From an uncultured Planctomycetota bacterium (GTDB lineage: Bacteria; Planctomycetota; Planctomycetia; Isosphaerales; Isosphaeraceae): a DNA stretch of 64,000 nt. The stretch spans positions 448,001-512,000 of the forward strand of contig CAWJTV010000005.1 in the NCBI GenBank assembly GCA_963845755.1. The letters are read 5' to 3'. Both the position numbers and the translations under genes were made by a program. Positions 22,901 through 37,900 of the stretch are shown here, piece by piece (position 1 is the first letter of the stretch; each line of letters begins with the position of its first letter). Below the pieces are notes generated by a model. The model searched no databases. It saw only the letters and a list, made by a program, of their open reading frames with translations, and was not told the DNA's origin.

Positions 22901-25900
22901 TCGTGGGCGACGTTCGACACGACCACCGCGGAGCTGAGTGGCACGCCCCCGCTCGGCTCCGCCGGCACGTATCACCTGACGGTCACGGCCTCGATCGCGG
23001 ACGGCTCGCATTCGTCGGCGACGCTCACGGTGCCGATCATTGTCCGCCACCACGATGCTACGCCGCAGCTGACGGGCATCGCCAACCAGACGCTCGAACC
23101 GGGTCAGGTCGTGGACGTGCCGGTCCAGGCCTCGGTCAACAGCACCGATCGGCTGGTCCTCACCGCGGCCGGCCTCAACGGCTACCTGCTGCCGGCTTTC
23201 GCCAGCCTCACCGACAACCACGATGGGACCGGTCGGATCCACCTGGCGCCGGGTGCCGGCGACGGCGGCGACTACATCATCACCGTCACGGCAACGGCCC
23301 AGGCCGGCCCGGGCGTGGCCGAAGCGGCCCTGACGGCCACCACCGAGTTCGTGGTGACCGTCAACATGAACGGCCCGTCGCCGCCGCCGTCCGCCAATCC
23401 GAACCAGACGCCCCCGGTACTCCTGCCCGTGGGCGACCAGACCGTGGCCGTCGGGCAGCCGTTCACGCTCCGGCTCTCGGCGGTGGCCCCGGACGGCGAC
23501 GCGATCGCCTATCGCGCGACCAACCTGCCGCCGAACGCCACGCTCGACCCTGGGACGGGCCTGTTGCGGTTCACGCCCGACCTGACGATGAGCGGGACCA
23601 CGTTCACGGGCATCGTGCTGACGGCCAGCGACGGGAGCCTGACCAGCTCGGAGACGATCCAGATCACGGTCCCGGCCGCCGAGCTGCCGCCGGTCTTCGT
23701 CCACGTGGCGCCGCAGACCGAGAGCGAGGGAACCCCACTCCAGTTCACGCTCACGGCCGCCGACCCCCAGGGAAACTCGCTCGCGTTCAGCCCGGCCGCT
23801 CCCCTGCCGGCGGGCGCCGACGTCGATCCATTCTCCGGCCTGGTCCAGTGGACGCCCGCCTATGGCCAGGCGGGCGACTACGTCCTGCACTTCAAGGTGC
23901 AGGACCCCAACGGACTCAGCGACACCACCGACGTCACGGTCCACATCGACAAGGTCAACCGGCCGCCGAGCTTGCAAGTGACCAACCACTCGGCCGCCAT
24001 CGGCAAGTTGCTGGCCTTCACGCTCCAGGGCGTCAACCCCGACGCCGGCACGACCTTGACCTATTCCGGCCAGGACCTGCCTGCTGGCATGACGCTCGCC
24101 CCCAGCACCGGCGCGGTCGGCGCTGGACACCCGGCCCCGGCCAGCAGGGCGATTACCTCATCCCTTTCTCGGTCAGCGACGGCGAGCTGGTCACGAGCGA
24201 GACCGTCCTGATCCGTGAGGCCCTGTCGCCGGCACCCCCCACCGTGGTCATCACGCTGACGCCCAGCTTCCCGGCCGTACCCGGCCAGCGCGTGCAGATC
24301 CACGCGGCCGCGCAGAGCCTGGCCGACATCACGATGCTCCAGCTCACCGTCGGCGGTCAGACGATCACCCTGGACGCCCAGGGCCAGGCCAGCCTCGTCG
24401 CGGGCGCACCGGGCCGGACCGAGCTCGACGCCACGGCCACCGACGCCGACGGCCTGGTCGGCCATGCCAGCATCATTCTGAAGGTGCGCGACCCCAACGA
24501 CACAACGCCCCCGGCCGTCTCGTTCGACCCGCTGCTCGACGGCACCACGATGACCGCGGCCACGGCGATCGTTGGCACGGTCCAGGACAGCAACCTCGAT
24601 TCCTGGGTACTCGCGGAGGCCCCGATCGGCTCCAGCTCGTTCGTGCCGATCGCCAGCGGCAACAGCCCGGTCAGCTCATCCGCAATGGTCGTCCTCGACG
24701 CGGCCACGATGGTCAACGGCTTCTACCGCCTGCGTCTCTCGGCGACCGACATCGCCGGCCGGACCAGCACGGCTGAGGTCGTGGTCGAGGCCGACACATC
24801 CACCAAGTCCGACGAGTACCAGCGGGCGGAGACCGACCTGGTCGTGCAGCTCGGCGGCGCAGACCATCGACCTGGTCCGCGCCTACGACTCGCTCGACAG
24901 CGGCCAGTCCGGTTCCTTCGGCTATGGCTGGCGGCTGGCCAACCGCGACATGCAGCTCCAGACCGACGTGCCGCCGACCGGCAGCGAGGCCCTGGGGATC
25001 TACAACGCCTTCGCCGACGGCACGCGGCTGTACCTGAGCTTGCCGGACGGCCGGCGCATCGGCTTCACCTTCGCCCCGCAGGCGCACGCCCAGACGGGCC
25101 TCACCTGGTACACCCCGGCCTACGTGGCCGACCCGGGCGTGTCTTACACCTTGACCTCGGCGGCCGGCGTACTCACGCGCGGCGGCAGCTCGTATTACGA
25201 CGTGACGACCGGCCGCGCCTACAACCCGGCGAGCTCCGTGTTCAGCGGCCCGGCCTACACCCTGACGGCTCCCGACGGCACGACCTACGACCTGGACGCC
25301 ACCGGCAAGGTCGTGGAGCAGATCACGCCGGCGGGCGAGCACCTGGATTACAGCGACAGCGGCATCACCGACGCCAGCGGGGACGCGGTCCACTTCCAGG
25401 AGGATGACCTGGGCCGGCTGTCGCGCATCACAGGGCCTGACGGCAGGCAGGTCGTCTACGGTTACGACGCGCTTGGCAACCTGATCTCGGTCCAGAACCT
25501 CGCGGCCGGCACGCAAGAGCGCTATGGTTACACCTCCGGTGGTGCCCACTTGCTGACCCTGGCCCTGAACGCGGCGGGCCAGCCGGGGTCGCTGATCCAG
25601 TACGGGGCCAGCCCGTCCGTCGCGCCGGTGACGGCCGATCTCGGCGGCGCCAGCCGCTTCCTCGAGCAGGACCAGGTCGGCACGGTCGCCGCCGGCGCGA
25701 CCGACCGTTATACGTTCGCCCTCCGCCCGGACGAGCTCGGGTCAACGGCTTCCGGCACGGTGCTCCTGGAGGTGAACGTGTCGTCCGCCGCGGGGAGCGA
25801 GCTCAACCCGGCAGTGCCGGTCATCGACGGCCTGACGCCGCTGGTCGAGCGGACGGCGCCCGGCGGCGCATTCGCCCTCTTCGCGATCGACGCCCCCGGG

Positions 25901-28900
25901 CTCCAGCTTCTGGAAATCGCCGGCGCCGGCGCGAACACCTCCGGCCCCTACACGCTGCACATGGCCGTGGCCGGAGACGTGGACGGCAACGGCTCCGTGG
26001 ACGGCCTGGATTCGGCCGTCATGACGGCCGCGCTGGGGACGCGTGCCGGCCAGCCCGGTTACATGGCCGACGCCGACGCCAACGACGACGGCGTCATCGA
26101 CGCTTCGGACCTCCAGATCCTGGCCGGCAACTTCGGCTTCCATGCCAACCAGCCGCCGGCCGCCATCTCGGGCTCGGCGACGACGCACGAGGATCTCCCG
26201 GTCAGCGTCCCGCTCGCCAGCCTGGCCACCGACCCCGAGGACGATCCGCTCACCTTCCGGATCACGGGCGTCATCCACGGCACGGCTGTGCTGAGCGGCG
26301 ACGGCCAGTCGGTCATCTTCACGCCATCGCCGAGCTTCAGCGGCACCGGCGGCTTCACGGTCGTCGCGGACGACGGACTGAACGTCTCCGGCCCGGCGAC
26401 GGTCACCGTCGCGGTCAGCTCGGCCCCGCTGGAGCAGATCGATGTCGCCACCCGCAACCCGCGCCTCCAGCCGGGCGATCACCTGGTGCTGGGGTTCACC
26501 GGCGACTTCGCCGACGCGCAGGGCGTGCCGTTGCCTGCCTCGTACCTGACGTTCGTCAATGGCAGCCCGGGCATCGCCGACCTGTCGGCCGCCGGATCGG
26601 TAACCGCCCTGGCCGTCGGGACAACGATCGTCCAGGTGTCGAGCCACGGCATCCTCGCCGCGACGGCCGTCAACGTCGGCACTCCGCTCCAGCGCGAATT
26701 CCAGCTCCTCCAGGCCTCCGGCCTGACCGTCGGGCCGGCGAACCAGTTCTTGCTCCCCGGCCCCGGGGCTAACCGCCAGTTGAGCGTCCAGTCACCGGAC
26801 GGCCTCGACCTCACGGCCGGCTCGTCGGGCACGCGGTATTTCGTCAGCAATCCGGCGGTGCTCCAGGTCAGCCCCGATGGCCTGATCACGGCGATGGGCA
26901 TCGGCAGCGCAACGGTCACGGTCATCGACGGGCCCGGGGAGACGGTCGTCCCGGTCCAGGTGGAGGCCCCGCAGCCCGGCCCGTTGTCGGTGGGACCGGC
27001 GGGATCCGTGGTCCAGGGCAGCGACAGCTCGCTGGTCGTCGTGCCACCGGGCGCCGTCGCGACCAGCACGCCGATCACCATCACGCCGCTGCAGCGGAGC
27101 GACCTGACGCTCCCCCTGGCCCAGCCGTTCCTCTTCGCCGCCGCCTTCCACCTGGACGTGGGCACCCAACCGCTGGCCAGTGCCGCCGAGCTCGTCATTC
27201 CCGTCCTCCCGGGCCTGTCGGCGGGGACCTCCGTCGTGTTCTTCCGCGCCGGCACCAGCCCGGACGCAACCGGCGCCGAGCGACCCGCCTGGTTCGAGGA
27301 CGAGACCGGCGTCATCGGCTCCGACGGCTTCGCCCGAACCGATGACGCCGCCTACATGACCGGAATCCGCGTCTCGGGTGATTACCTCGTCGCCTACGCG
27401 CCCGCCGGGTCAACGGGCCAGGTCGTCGCCCACTTCTCGCTCGACAATCCGGTGGCCGTCACCACGACCGGCTTTACCCTGGGCACCGCACTGCCGATCC
27501 AGGCAGATTCCGGCGCCGCGCTGCTGGCCGCCGGTCCGGTCGTGTCACAGGCGAGCCCGCCCAATGAGACCATCGCCATCCTGCAAGAACTGGACGCGGG
27601 ATTGCAGCCGTTCGGATTCGGCGGGATCTTGTTCATCCCGACCTTCAGCATGGTCGTGCCCGTTGGGAACCAGATCCTCACGATGCAAGAATTGTCCGTC
27701 AACAATCTGCCTCGGACGACCCCGACGAACGTCCGGATCACCGCCGCCGGCCCGGCCACGATCAGCGCCTCTTTCAATAACGCCGTCGTGGCCCCCGGCA
27801 GCCCGAGCGATCCTCCCCTGATCCAGTCGGTCAGCTTTCAGCTCGCGACCATCGCCGGCGTCCCCAATCAGCCGGTCGTCCAGCTCACGGGCCAGCGGTT
27901 CCAGTTCATCAACGAGGTGCCCGACGCGGTCATCTTCACCGAGGACAGCCCCAACGGCCAACCGCGCACCGTCGTCCAGACCCAGATCGAGTTCGACCCG
28001 GTCAATGGGGTGATCCTGGCCGTGGTGCCGAATCAGGTCGCCTTGGGCCTCTGCGACATCCAGGTACGTCGGCCGCGACTCCATCGCCGTGGGCAGCGGC
28101 GACGATCTGAGCAGCCCCGTACGGCTGCCCGCGACCGACCAGTACGTCTTCGGGGCATCGACGGACGATAACACGGTCCTCGTCATCAATCAGCAGACCC
28201 AGGCCTTGACGGCCAAGATCCCCGTGCCAGGCCAGCCGATGAGCACCGCGACGACCCCGGACGGGACGCGGGTCTACGTCACTCTCGTCACCAAGACTGG
28301 CCCCGCGGTCGCCGAGATCGATGCCCTGGCGCTGCAGCTCGTCGCCTTCATCCCGCTCGCCTTCTCAGGGGACGGTAGCAGCACACTCCCCTACCAGATC
28401 GCCGCGGATCACGGGGGGAATGACGCGTATATCTCGGACTCGCAGAGTGACACGATCTGGCAAGTCGATATCAATCCGAAGTCGCCGACCTACAACCACA
28501 ATGTGGCGGCCTTCTCGGTCGGCCCGGCCAATCAGGGCCTGCGCGGTCTGGCCGTCAACTTAGCCGACACGCGCCTCTTCGTGGCCGCACCGGAACGCAA
28601 CCTGAACGGGGATCTCCACATCGACAGCCCGGAAGGCGTCCTGGTTCTCAACATCGATCCCAAGAGTCCGCAGTATGGCCAGCAGTTGCCGGGGATGATC
28701 GCCGACCCGGTGAGCAGCTCGGGTGACCTCGAACCGTTCGGTATGACGGCCGCCATCGACCCGAACAGCCCGACCCCCGACCATGACGTGATCGTCGTCA
28801 CCGACCGGCAAGCGAACGCCTTCGGGCTGGCCGTCATCCACAATGCCGGTGAGAACAGCATCGACCAGATGACCGTCACCTACGTCCCCCTGGGCCTGGT

Positions 28901-31900
28901 CGATCCCGAGACCCAGCAGCCCGCGGGCCTGATCGATCCCACGACCAGGCAAGCCCTCCCGAATGCCGTCAACACGCTGGGTTTCAACAACGCCCAGGCC
29001 GTCGCGATCCTGCCGGCCAACGCACTGGCCGATCATCCCGGCAGCCCGGCCTATGCCTTCGTGACGGGAGAAAACTTCCTGGGAACGAGCCCGTCCACGA
29101 CCCCCGACAACGGGCTGGCCCAGGGGGTTCCCACGGGTCCCGACATCGCCATAGTGCGCAACCCCTTCGGCGACCCGAACGATCCCGACCTCACCAAGCG
29201 CGCCATGGTGGTGGCGGTCACGCGACCGATCCCCAACGACTCCCCCGATAACCTGGTCCTTTCCGCCGACGGTCAGTACCTCTACGTCGCCTACCAGAAT
29301 ACGGGGGCTGTCTTCGTCTACGATGTGGACGCCATGCTGGACGAGATCGAGAATCCGCTGAATTCCCCCTTCCTCACCGAGATGTCCGGCTCGCCGAGCT
29401 ACAACCCGACCAACCTGCTGAACACGCCCATCGATAACCTGCACGATGGTCAGCTCACCGACAATTCCGCCATCGACGTGAAAGCCGACTACCGGCTGGA
29501 CATCCCGTTCTATGGCCCACCTCTCTACCCCGAGGGCACGAAGGACCAGCCGGGCTACGTGGCAGCCTCTTCCACCGTATTCCGGAACATCAACGCCGGC
29601 GAGGCGCCCATCGCCACCGGCATCGCCGTCCCCGACCCGAAGAATCCCGGCGAGTACCTCAACCAGAGCACGGACAACCGCGGCCTGTCGATCCAGGTCG
29701 TGAAGGTCCAGCCGGCGCTCACCAGCAACAACGTCCGCATCACCAGCACAGTCAACCGCGTCACGAACAAGGTCAGCGTCCAGCCCGGCCTGTTCACCTT
29801 CGACATCAATGTCCCCGCGCTGCTCACGCTGAAGATCTTCGATCAGGGCGTGGACGAAGGACCGGCCCGCAACATCCTCGACCCGCTGGACCAGACCATG
29901 ACGCTCCCGCAGTTCGCGGACCTCGCGGTCGCCCGGGGGCAGTACCAGACCTACCTCTTCCCTGCCGACCTGTTCGCTCTGCCCGGCGTCTACACCTACG
30001 TCCTCACGGCCAAGGACAACGACGGCAATGTCCTCGCGACCAGCAGCGGCGAGATCGACCACGAGCTGAACGTAGTCGGCTCCTATCCGATCGGACACAC
30101 GATCGTCAACGGCGTGGACATCTGGGACGGCCACCTGACCATGTCCACCCAGGACGTCTTGATCCCCGGCCGCGGGCTCGACCTCGATTTCACCCGCAGC
30201 TACAGCAGTGCCGGCGATTCCAGCCAGGGACCCCTCGGCGCCGGCTGGACCGACAGCTACAACGTCCAGCTCATCCACGACGTCGCCGGCGGTACTCTCA
30301 CCGTCGTGGGCGGCGAGGGGAGCGGCAACGAATTCGACACCGAGACAATCCACCCGGCGCAAACCGCCCAGGAACTCGCCGTGGAGCAAGAATTGGCGCT
30401 GGAGTCGGGTGGATTCAGTGCGGGTTCCACCCCCGTTTTCTTCGACCCCCAGGTGGGGTACCATTCCCTGCTGGCCCAGTCCACGACCCCGCAGGGTCTG
30501 GCCTACGACTTCTTCACCAAGGCCGACATCCAGTACCACTTCGAGCTGGATCCCACCAACCCGAAGGGCAATACCTACCGGCTGCTCTGGATCCGCGACC
30601 CCAACGGCAACGAGATCAACCTGATCTACGACCCGAACGATCCCCGGATCGCCGGCCTGCCGGGCCTCGCGCTGAGGATCGAGGCCCAGGGTAACGAGGG
30701 CCCGGGGCTGCTGGACGCCGTCGTGGACTCGTCCGGCCGCGCCCTGGTGTTCCAGTACCGGCCCGCGGTGGCGGTCCAGCCCCAGTCCATCGCCAGCACC
30801 TACCGCATCGTCAGGCTGACGGGCTACGACAACGACCCCACTTCGGGCTCCAACGACCTCCTGGGCCTCGAGGTCGATTATGGCTACGACCAATACGGCA
30901 ACCTGACAAGCGTCACCAAGCTCCAGGTCCAGCCCGGCGGGGGAATCCTGCACAGCGACGTGGAGCACCAGGAGTACACCTACACCGATGGCAACGGCCC
31001 GCTCGGCCACAACATGACATCCTACACAGACCCCGACGGCTTCCAGGTCATCGCCGCCCTAGTCCCCGGCCAGATCAGCGACAACGATTTCCAGAAGGAC
31101 CCCTCTCACACCACGACCTACGTCTACTACCCCGGCCCAGGCCAACCTGGCGGCGGCTACGACCTGCCCATCCCGGGGATCAACCCCAGCACCGGCCTCC
31201 AGTACGATCCGCGCTTCGGCGTCGCGTCCAACGAGTTCGTCAAGGAGGTCATCCAGGGGACGGGAGCCACCGGTTCCAACCAGCCGGCAATCACCGATTT
31301 CTCCTACTACTTCAGCTCCGGTCTGAATCTCGACACCAGCAGTACCACGCCGACGACGCCCAACACCCGCGTGGTCACCGACCCGCGTCCCGGCGTCGCG
31401 CCGACCACCTACACCCTGGACATCTACGGGGCGACGACCAAGATCGACGAGCCGAACCTTTCCGACCCGACGCATCCCAAGGTCACAACAATGGTGTGGG
31501 CCATGGATCAGCCTGATGCCCAGGCCGTGCCCTCGCATGGGGGGCGCGATGTCGAGATGCTCTCCCAGACCGACGCCCTGGGTCGCACCACTTCGTACCG
31601 CTACGACGCGCTGGGCAACGTCATCCAGGAAACGATCGATACCAGCACCATCACGGACCCGACCATCCAGCCAGTGCGGGCCGTCAACGAAACGGACGCG
31701 CCCGTCACCGGCGGGTCGAGCGCATCGCAGATCATCACCCGCTACACCTACGACCCGCTCTTCAGCAAGATGACGAGCCAGACGGACGCCGATGGGAACA
31801 CGACCTTCTACATCCTCGACTCCCCCATCCCGCTCTCGGACGACACGGGCCTGATTCCCCAGTTCCCCAGGGGGGCTCAGCCGCCGAGCCCTACGGGCCG

Positions 31901-34900
31901 CATTACCGGCAACCTGCTGGCCACTATCGACGCCCGCGGTGAGATGGCTTCGTACACGTACGACAGCCTCGGCGACCTGCTGACCGTGACCGACCCGCGC
32001 GGGAACACGACCGTCTACGCGTCCTACGACGCCTACGGAAACGCGACGGAGATCGACAGCCCGCAGGGTTTGAACGTGACCCATCAGACCTTCGACGTCC
32101 GCAGCCGCCTGCTGACCACGATCGACACCTTCGGCCATCACGTCGAGTACCAGTACGACGGCCTCGACCGCAGGATCCGCGAGACCCAGTATGACGGCGC
32201 CAACCCATCGGGTAGCGCGGAGAACGCCTACACGCTCCCCGGCGACGGTTCCACCTTCCACTGGGCCGAGGAGACGCAGTACACCTACACCCCCAGCGGC
32301 CTGGTGGTGACCATGACCGACAGCCTCGGGCAGGTCACCCGCTACACCTACGACGGCCGGGACCGGCTCATCAGCCAGCAGGAGACCAACGTCCGCCAGG
32401 TGAACCCGAGCGGCCCTGGATTCATCTACGTCAATCTGCTCGCCACGCTGTACGTCTATGACGAGGACAGCAACCTCGTGCAGGAGACCGATTCGCGCGA
32501 GATCGTGACGACCTACACTTACGACGCCCTGAACCGGCGGATCAAGACCGAGGTGAGCGGTCCGTACAACTCGCCCGGCGCCCCGGCGTCGGAGGTCATC
32601 AGCACGGACACCTACGACCTGGTGAACAACAAGCTCTCCGAGACAGACGTGCACGGCGACACAACCGACTACACCTATGACGGGCTGTACCGCGTGGTGC
32701 AGACCGATGCCGAACGGGCCTACTCTCTGAGTCAAGTCACCCTCCCCGGGCCCTTGGGAACGGTTGGTCTCAGCCCGGCCCACATCACCACGGAGACGAC
32801 CTACGACCTCGTCGGCAACACGCTCACCTCGACCGACGCCGACCACCACATGACGATCTACACCTACGACGCCGTCTATCGCCTGAAATCCACAACCGAC
32901 GCCGCGGGTAACACGGTCCAGGACACTTACGACTCGGCGGGCAACATAATCGATGAGCAGCATCGGAGCAACGGTACGTTAACCTATGAAATCATCACCC
33001 TCGAGTCCCAGATCGACGGCCTGAACCGGCCTGAAGAGACGGACCAGGTCGTCTACCTCGGCGATCCGACTCCGACGGACCCGACCACTCAAATGGTGAC
33101 TTACAAGACCTTCTATTCCTACGACGACGCCACCAACAGCGTCACGACCACCGACCCGCGCAGAATCGAGACCCTGGTCCATCGCGACGGCCTCGACCGC
33201 GTGGAATCCCAGGTCGTGGACGTCACCGGACTCGCACTCACGACGACCTACGCCTACGACGCCGACGGCAACCAGTCCATCGTCACGGACCCCATGGGGA
33301 ACCAGGTCCACACGACCTACGACGGCCTGGACCGGATGATCCGCGTCGATTACGAACTCGGCCTGTTCGAGACGTACATCTACGACGGCGACAACAACCT
33401 CGTCACGTACACCGACAAGCGGGGCATCGTCTTCACCTACGCCTACGACAATCTCAATCGCGAGGTCAGCGAGCAGGTCGCCGAGACGATCACCAACGCC
33501 GGCGCACCCCTCGCCTTGACGTCCTACGCCTACGACGACGCCGATAACCGCGTGACCGTGACCGACGCCAACGGCAATGCGACGACCAACCAGTACGACC
33601 AGCTCGGCCGGCTGGTGATCGCGACCGATCCCTACGGCCACTCGATCGTGTCCACGTACGACGGGGCCAATAAGACGAGCGACACCGACAAGAAGGACCA
33701 GACCACCGAGTACACCTACGACGCCATCAACCGCCTCACCGTGACAAGACAGTACGACGCTGCCGGTACGCTCCAGACGACCGACACGCTCACCTACGAC
33801 GATGCCCGGCTCCAGGTCATCGAGACCGGCCCGCGCTCCGTGAGCGGTGCTCCCATCAAGACCATTACGCAGAACGACTCGCTGGGCCGGCTGATCAGCA
33901 CGAGCATGCAGAATCCCAGCCTCACCGCCGCCTACGGGACCGACACCGTCACCCTCGAGCAATACGCCTACGACGGAGACAATAACACGATCCTCTTCAC
34001 CGATGCCGACGGCAACGAGACGAAGTACATATACGACGGCGCCAACCGGATGACCGCGGAGATCGACGGCTTCGGCTCTCCACTCGCGGCGACGACCTAT
34101 TACGGCTACGACAAGGCCGGCAACCTCATCTGGGTCAAGGACAGCCGGCCCCACGGAACACCGACCCAACTCTTCCCGGTGGATCCCAACAGTCCGCCGC
34201 CCACCTCGGACTTCTTCCCCGCGGCTTCCAACAACGCGCCGCCCGGCAAATTCGAGTTCGACGCGTATTACACCTACGATGCCCTCTACCGCAAGATCAC
34301 CGAGACCGATGGCGACGGCGATACCACGACGTACACCTACGACGGCAACGGCAACGTCCTGTCCATGACCGAGCCCGACGGACCGGCCTACGTGACCTTC
34401 TACACCTACGACGAGCTGAACCAACTGCTCTCGGTGACCACGCCCGGCGGAACCGGCGGCACCACGCGATACTTCTACGACGGCAACCGCAACCTGATCG
34501 CCCAGCAGGACGCTAACGGCAACCTCGTCACCTACAAGTTCGACGCGCTCAACCGAATGACCGATATGTACCAGCACCTGGTCGCAGGCAAGCTCTCCGC
34601 TGCCACCGTGCGGGGCCTCGACCCGAAGGGCAGCGATTTCTATGAGACCGAGGCCGGCGGTGACGAGGCAACTGCCTTGCACACCCAGTACGGCTACGAC
34701 TATAACGGCAACCAGAACCTGGTCATCGACCCGATGGGCCAGCAGACCTCCATGACTTATGACTACCTCGACCGCCTGGTCACCACGAAATACTCGAACT
34801 ATGCCAGCCCGACTCTGGCCAACCTGGCCTACCAGATGCAGTCGGTGGCTTATGCGTATGACAACGACAACAATATGACTTCTGCCATTGAGGTCAAGAC

Positions 34901-37900
34901 CGTCGGCGGCAAGCCCGTGACCGAAGCCTATACCTACGTCTACGATGCGCTGGACCGCCTGACGAGCACGACGAACTACGACGGCAAGACGATCTATTAC
35001 ACGTATGATCGCCAGGGAAATCGAACGAGCATCACGGATTCCGACGCGCCGGGTCCAGTTGCCAATCCGACCGCGCCCACTCCCAGCGCATTCACGACGG
35101 TCTACCAATACGATCAACGCAACCGCCTCAAATCGGTGACGACGAATGCCGGCACGACGACTTACTCGTACTGGGAGGACAGCCTGGTCAAGACGATCAT
35201 CGACCCCAACGGAGCGATCGCCGATTCCAGTTATGCCGACTCCTTCGACAACGCCAACCGCCTCAAGGATCTGGTCAACCACTTCGGCACGCCGGGCGCA
35301 GTGCCCACGCCCCCCAGCTCATTTCCAGCTACCGGTACACCTACGACGCCAACGGCAACCGAACAACTCAGACCGAGGCCCAGCACGACTTCGCCGGCGG
35401 CCAGGCGGAGGTCACGAGCTACGACTACGATTTGTTGAACCGTCTGACCCATGTCACCTACGGGAGCGGACTCGGCAGCGTCAACGTGGCCTACACCTAC
35501 GCCGCCCAACGGCAATCGCCTGACCGAAGCCGGCACGGACCCGGTCACCGGCCAGCGGGTCAACGAGACCTACGGCTACGACCGCATCAACCGCCTCTTG
35601 TGCATCACGAACAATGACGATTCCACGCACAGCATCGCCTACGCCTACGACGCCGACGGTAACCGCACCGACGAGATCGTCGGCACGATCCATGTCTCGA
35701 CCGACTCCAGCGGCAACCCCGTCTACATCGACGCCAACGGCAACTCTCTCGTCACGGTGGTCACGGCGATCAGCAACACGCCGTACCTCTACGGCATCCG
35801 CAACGAGCTGCTTGAGACGGCTGACTCGAGCGGTGGTTTCATCATCTTCGACTACGACCACAACCTCATGCGGGTCAAGGAGATCATCAGCACCGGCGAG
35901 GGCAACAGTCAGGAGACGCGTTACCTGTACGACGGGAACGTGACGGTACTCGAGTACACCTCCAACGGCCAGACGACGACGAAATACAACTACGGCAACA
36001 ACCTGGTCTCGATGGTCGATGCCACTCAGCCAGGACGTCCCACTCAGTTCTACCTGCTCGACGGCCTGGGGAGCACGGTCAACATGACCGACCAGACCGG
36101 GAACATCCTCGACAGCTACGAATACGACGCCTGGGGCAACATCCGGGCCTCGGCCGGCAGCTCGCAGAGCGGGAAGCTGTACAAGGGCAATACTTCAATG
36201 TCGCCGGAACCGGGCTGGATTATTTCGGGGCACGCTTTTACGATCCCTCGATCGGTGAATTCATCACACAAGATACGTACTCGGGTCAGAGCGAGCAACC
36301 CGCTGAGCATCAATCGATACATCCTATTCTTACGACAATCCACTCAGGTACATCGACCCAACCGGGCATTCCCCCAGCCTGCACGGCGATGCAAGCGGGT
36401 CAGGCCAAGGGTCGCGGGGACCAGACCGAGGGCCCAACGATCGAGAGCTTCCGGCAAAGCTGGGAGTACTACTGAAGAGGCTCCGTCCAAGACTACAAGC
36501 AAGCTGTCGTCGTCGAGAACCCGAAAGGGCCCTCGACTATTCTACAACGACGACTACGCAAACATTCAACGACAATGACGTTGTGGCAACTCCTGCAACA
36601 GGAGAAACAATGGTACCAGACGTTCTCCGTGATGTCGCTCCTAGCCTCGTCGCCGGGAACAGTGCAAGGCAAGAAGCCATGTGGAAGCAGGTCCAGTTAC
36701 AACTCATCAATCATCCGGGTTCGGAAAGTATTGGGGATTGCAGTCGGGCGTCACCGTGCAGTCGGCCTTGGAGGGCTCCTATGGCACAGTCGATGTGGAT
36801 TTGCTCTCGGGGCGCGTAGACCCTCGCCTGTGGCCACACCGGCGTCCGAGTGAGGTCCGTGCTGGGGCACATCGCATGGGAGTCGGAGCGGAAAGTCAAT
36901 ATCATTTTATAACCGATGACGGCCAATCAACGCTCAACACAGATGCTGCACCGCTATTGAAGGTGCCCCGCTCCCGGACAACATTGCTACATATCTGACC
37001 GCCGAACATGCACCCGTGGCAGGATCCATCGAGCGAGGCGAGTGTGATCCGTGGAATCCACAACCGATGATCCAATGAACACTAGTGGAACCTGCTCGCC
37101 TCTGTACCAGGGTCAGGGTTCTCAGGAGGCAGAGAGCGCAGTGTCACTGGGGCTAACCACCCGGAACGGGGTGGGAGAGTACCCAATGACTGAGGGCAGA
37201 ATGGAAAATTTGGTAACTACGATAGCATCGATCAGCTCTCCTAGTGGATCTTGCCATGAAGGAGAGGAACTTGGGAATCTGCCGAGCGGTCCGAAGGGGG
37301 AAGGGCAATCCTTTGGGTGGCGGAGTCCTCGCAAGCCTCAGGGCGGAAAGGGAACCCGACTGGGTCAATTACGGCATGAGCTCGGGAGCAGCGAATGGTC
37401 TCGCGGGCTCGGGGAACGTCGAGGAGAGCGTATTGGCTCTTGAGAACTACCTTGGATTCAACGGTATATCCAGTAAACATGCCGAAGGGATGCTTGGAAA
37501 CCTCGCGTTTGAAGAAGGTATCGTCACGGTACGGCGTGTGGGGATTCTGACGGTCAACCGCTCGTGTCATCGTGTGCCAGTTCGAGCGAGGCGGTGGACG
37601 CCCCTCCTTCGTGGAATCCTGGAGGGATTGGGCTTCGATCAACGAGGATCGTCACTCCAGGAGGCGTGATGACCTATGACGCAGAATCGGGATTGCAGCC
37701 GCTTTATTCAATCGACCCGGTGACCGGCGCACGCATCGATGCGTGCGCTGCCTTGCGCACTCAGCACGGGGCTCATCTCGAGAGTGCGACCTCCGTTGAC
37801 GATGGACTTCGACCCGATCTTGTCGTGGCTGCGGTTACACAAATGCTCCCCATGCTGAGGAGACTTGGCAGTCTGCCTTAGGGGCACCATTGCCGTTCAC

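Noticed and set aside
10358..35282. Long minus-strand ORFs opposite the giant gene (e.g. 16765-19404, 28560-31010, 32979-35282)
   Set aside because: Shadow ORFs caused by GC3-biased codons on the plus strand; no motifs.
16880..35520. Programmed frameshifting or phase variation in the giant gene
   Set aside because: The breaks lack consistent slippery motifs, and similar indels occur in unrelated genes, so sequencing error is the simpler explanation.
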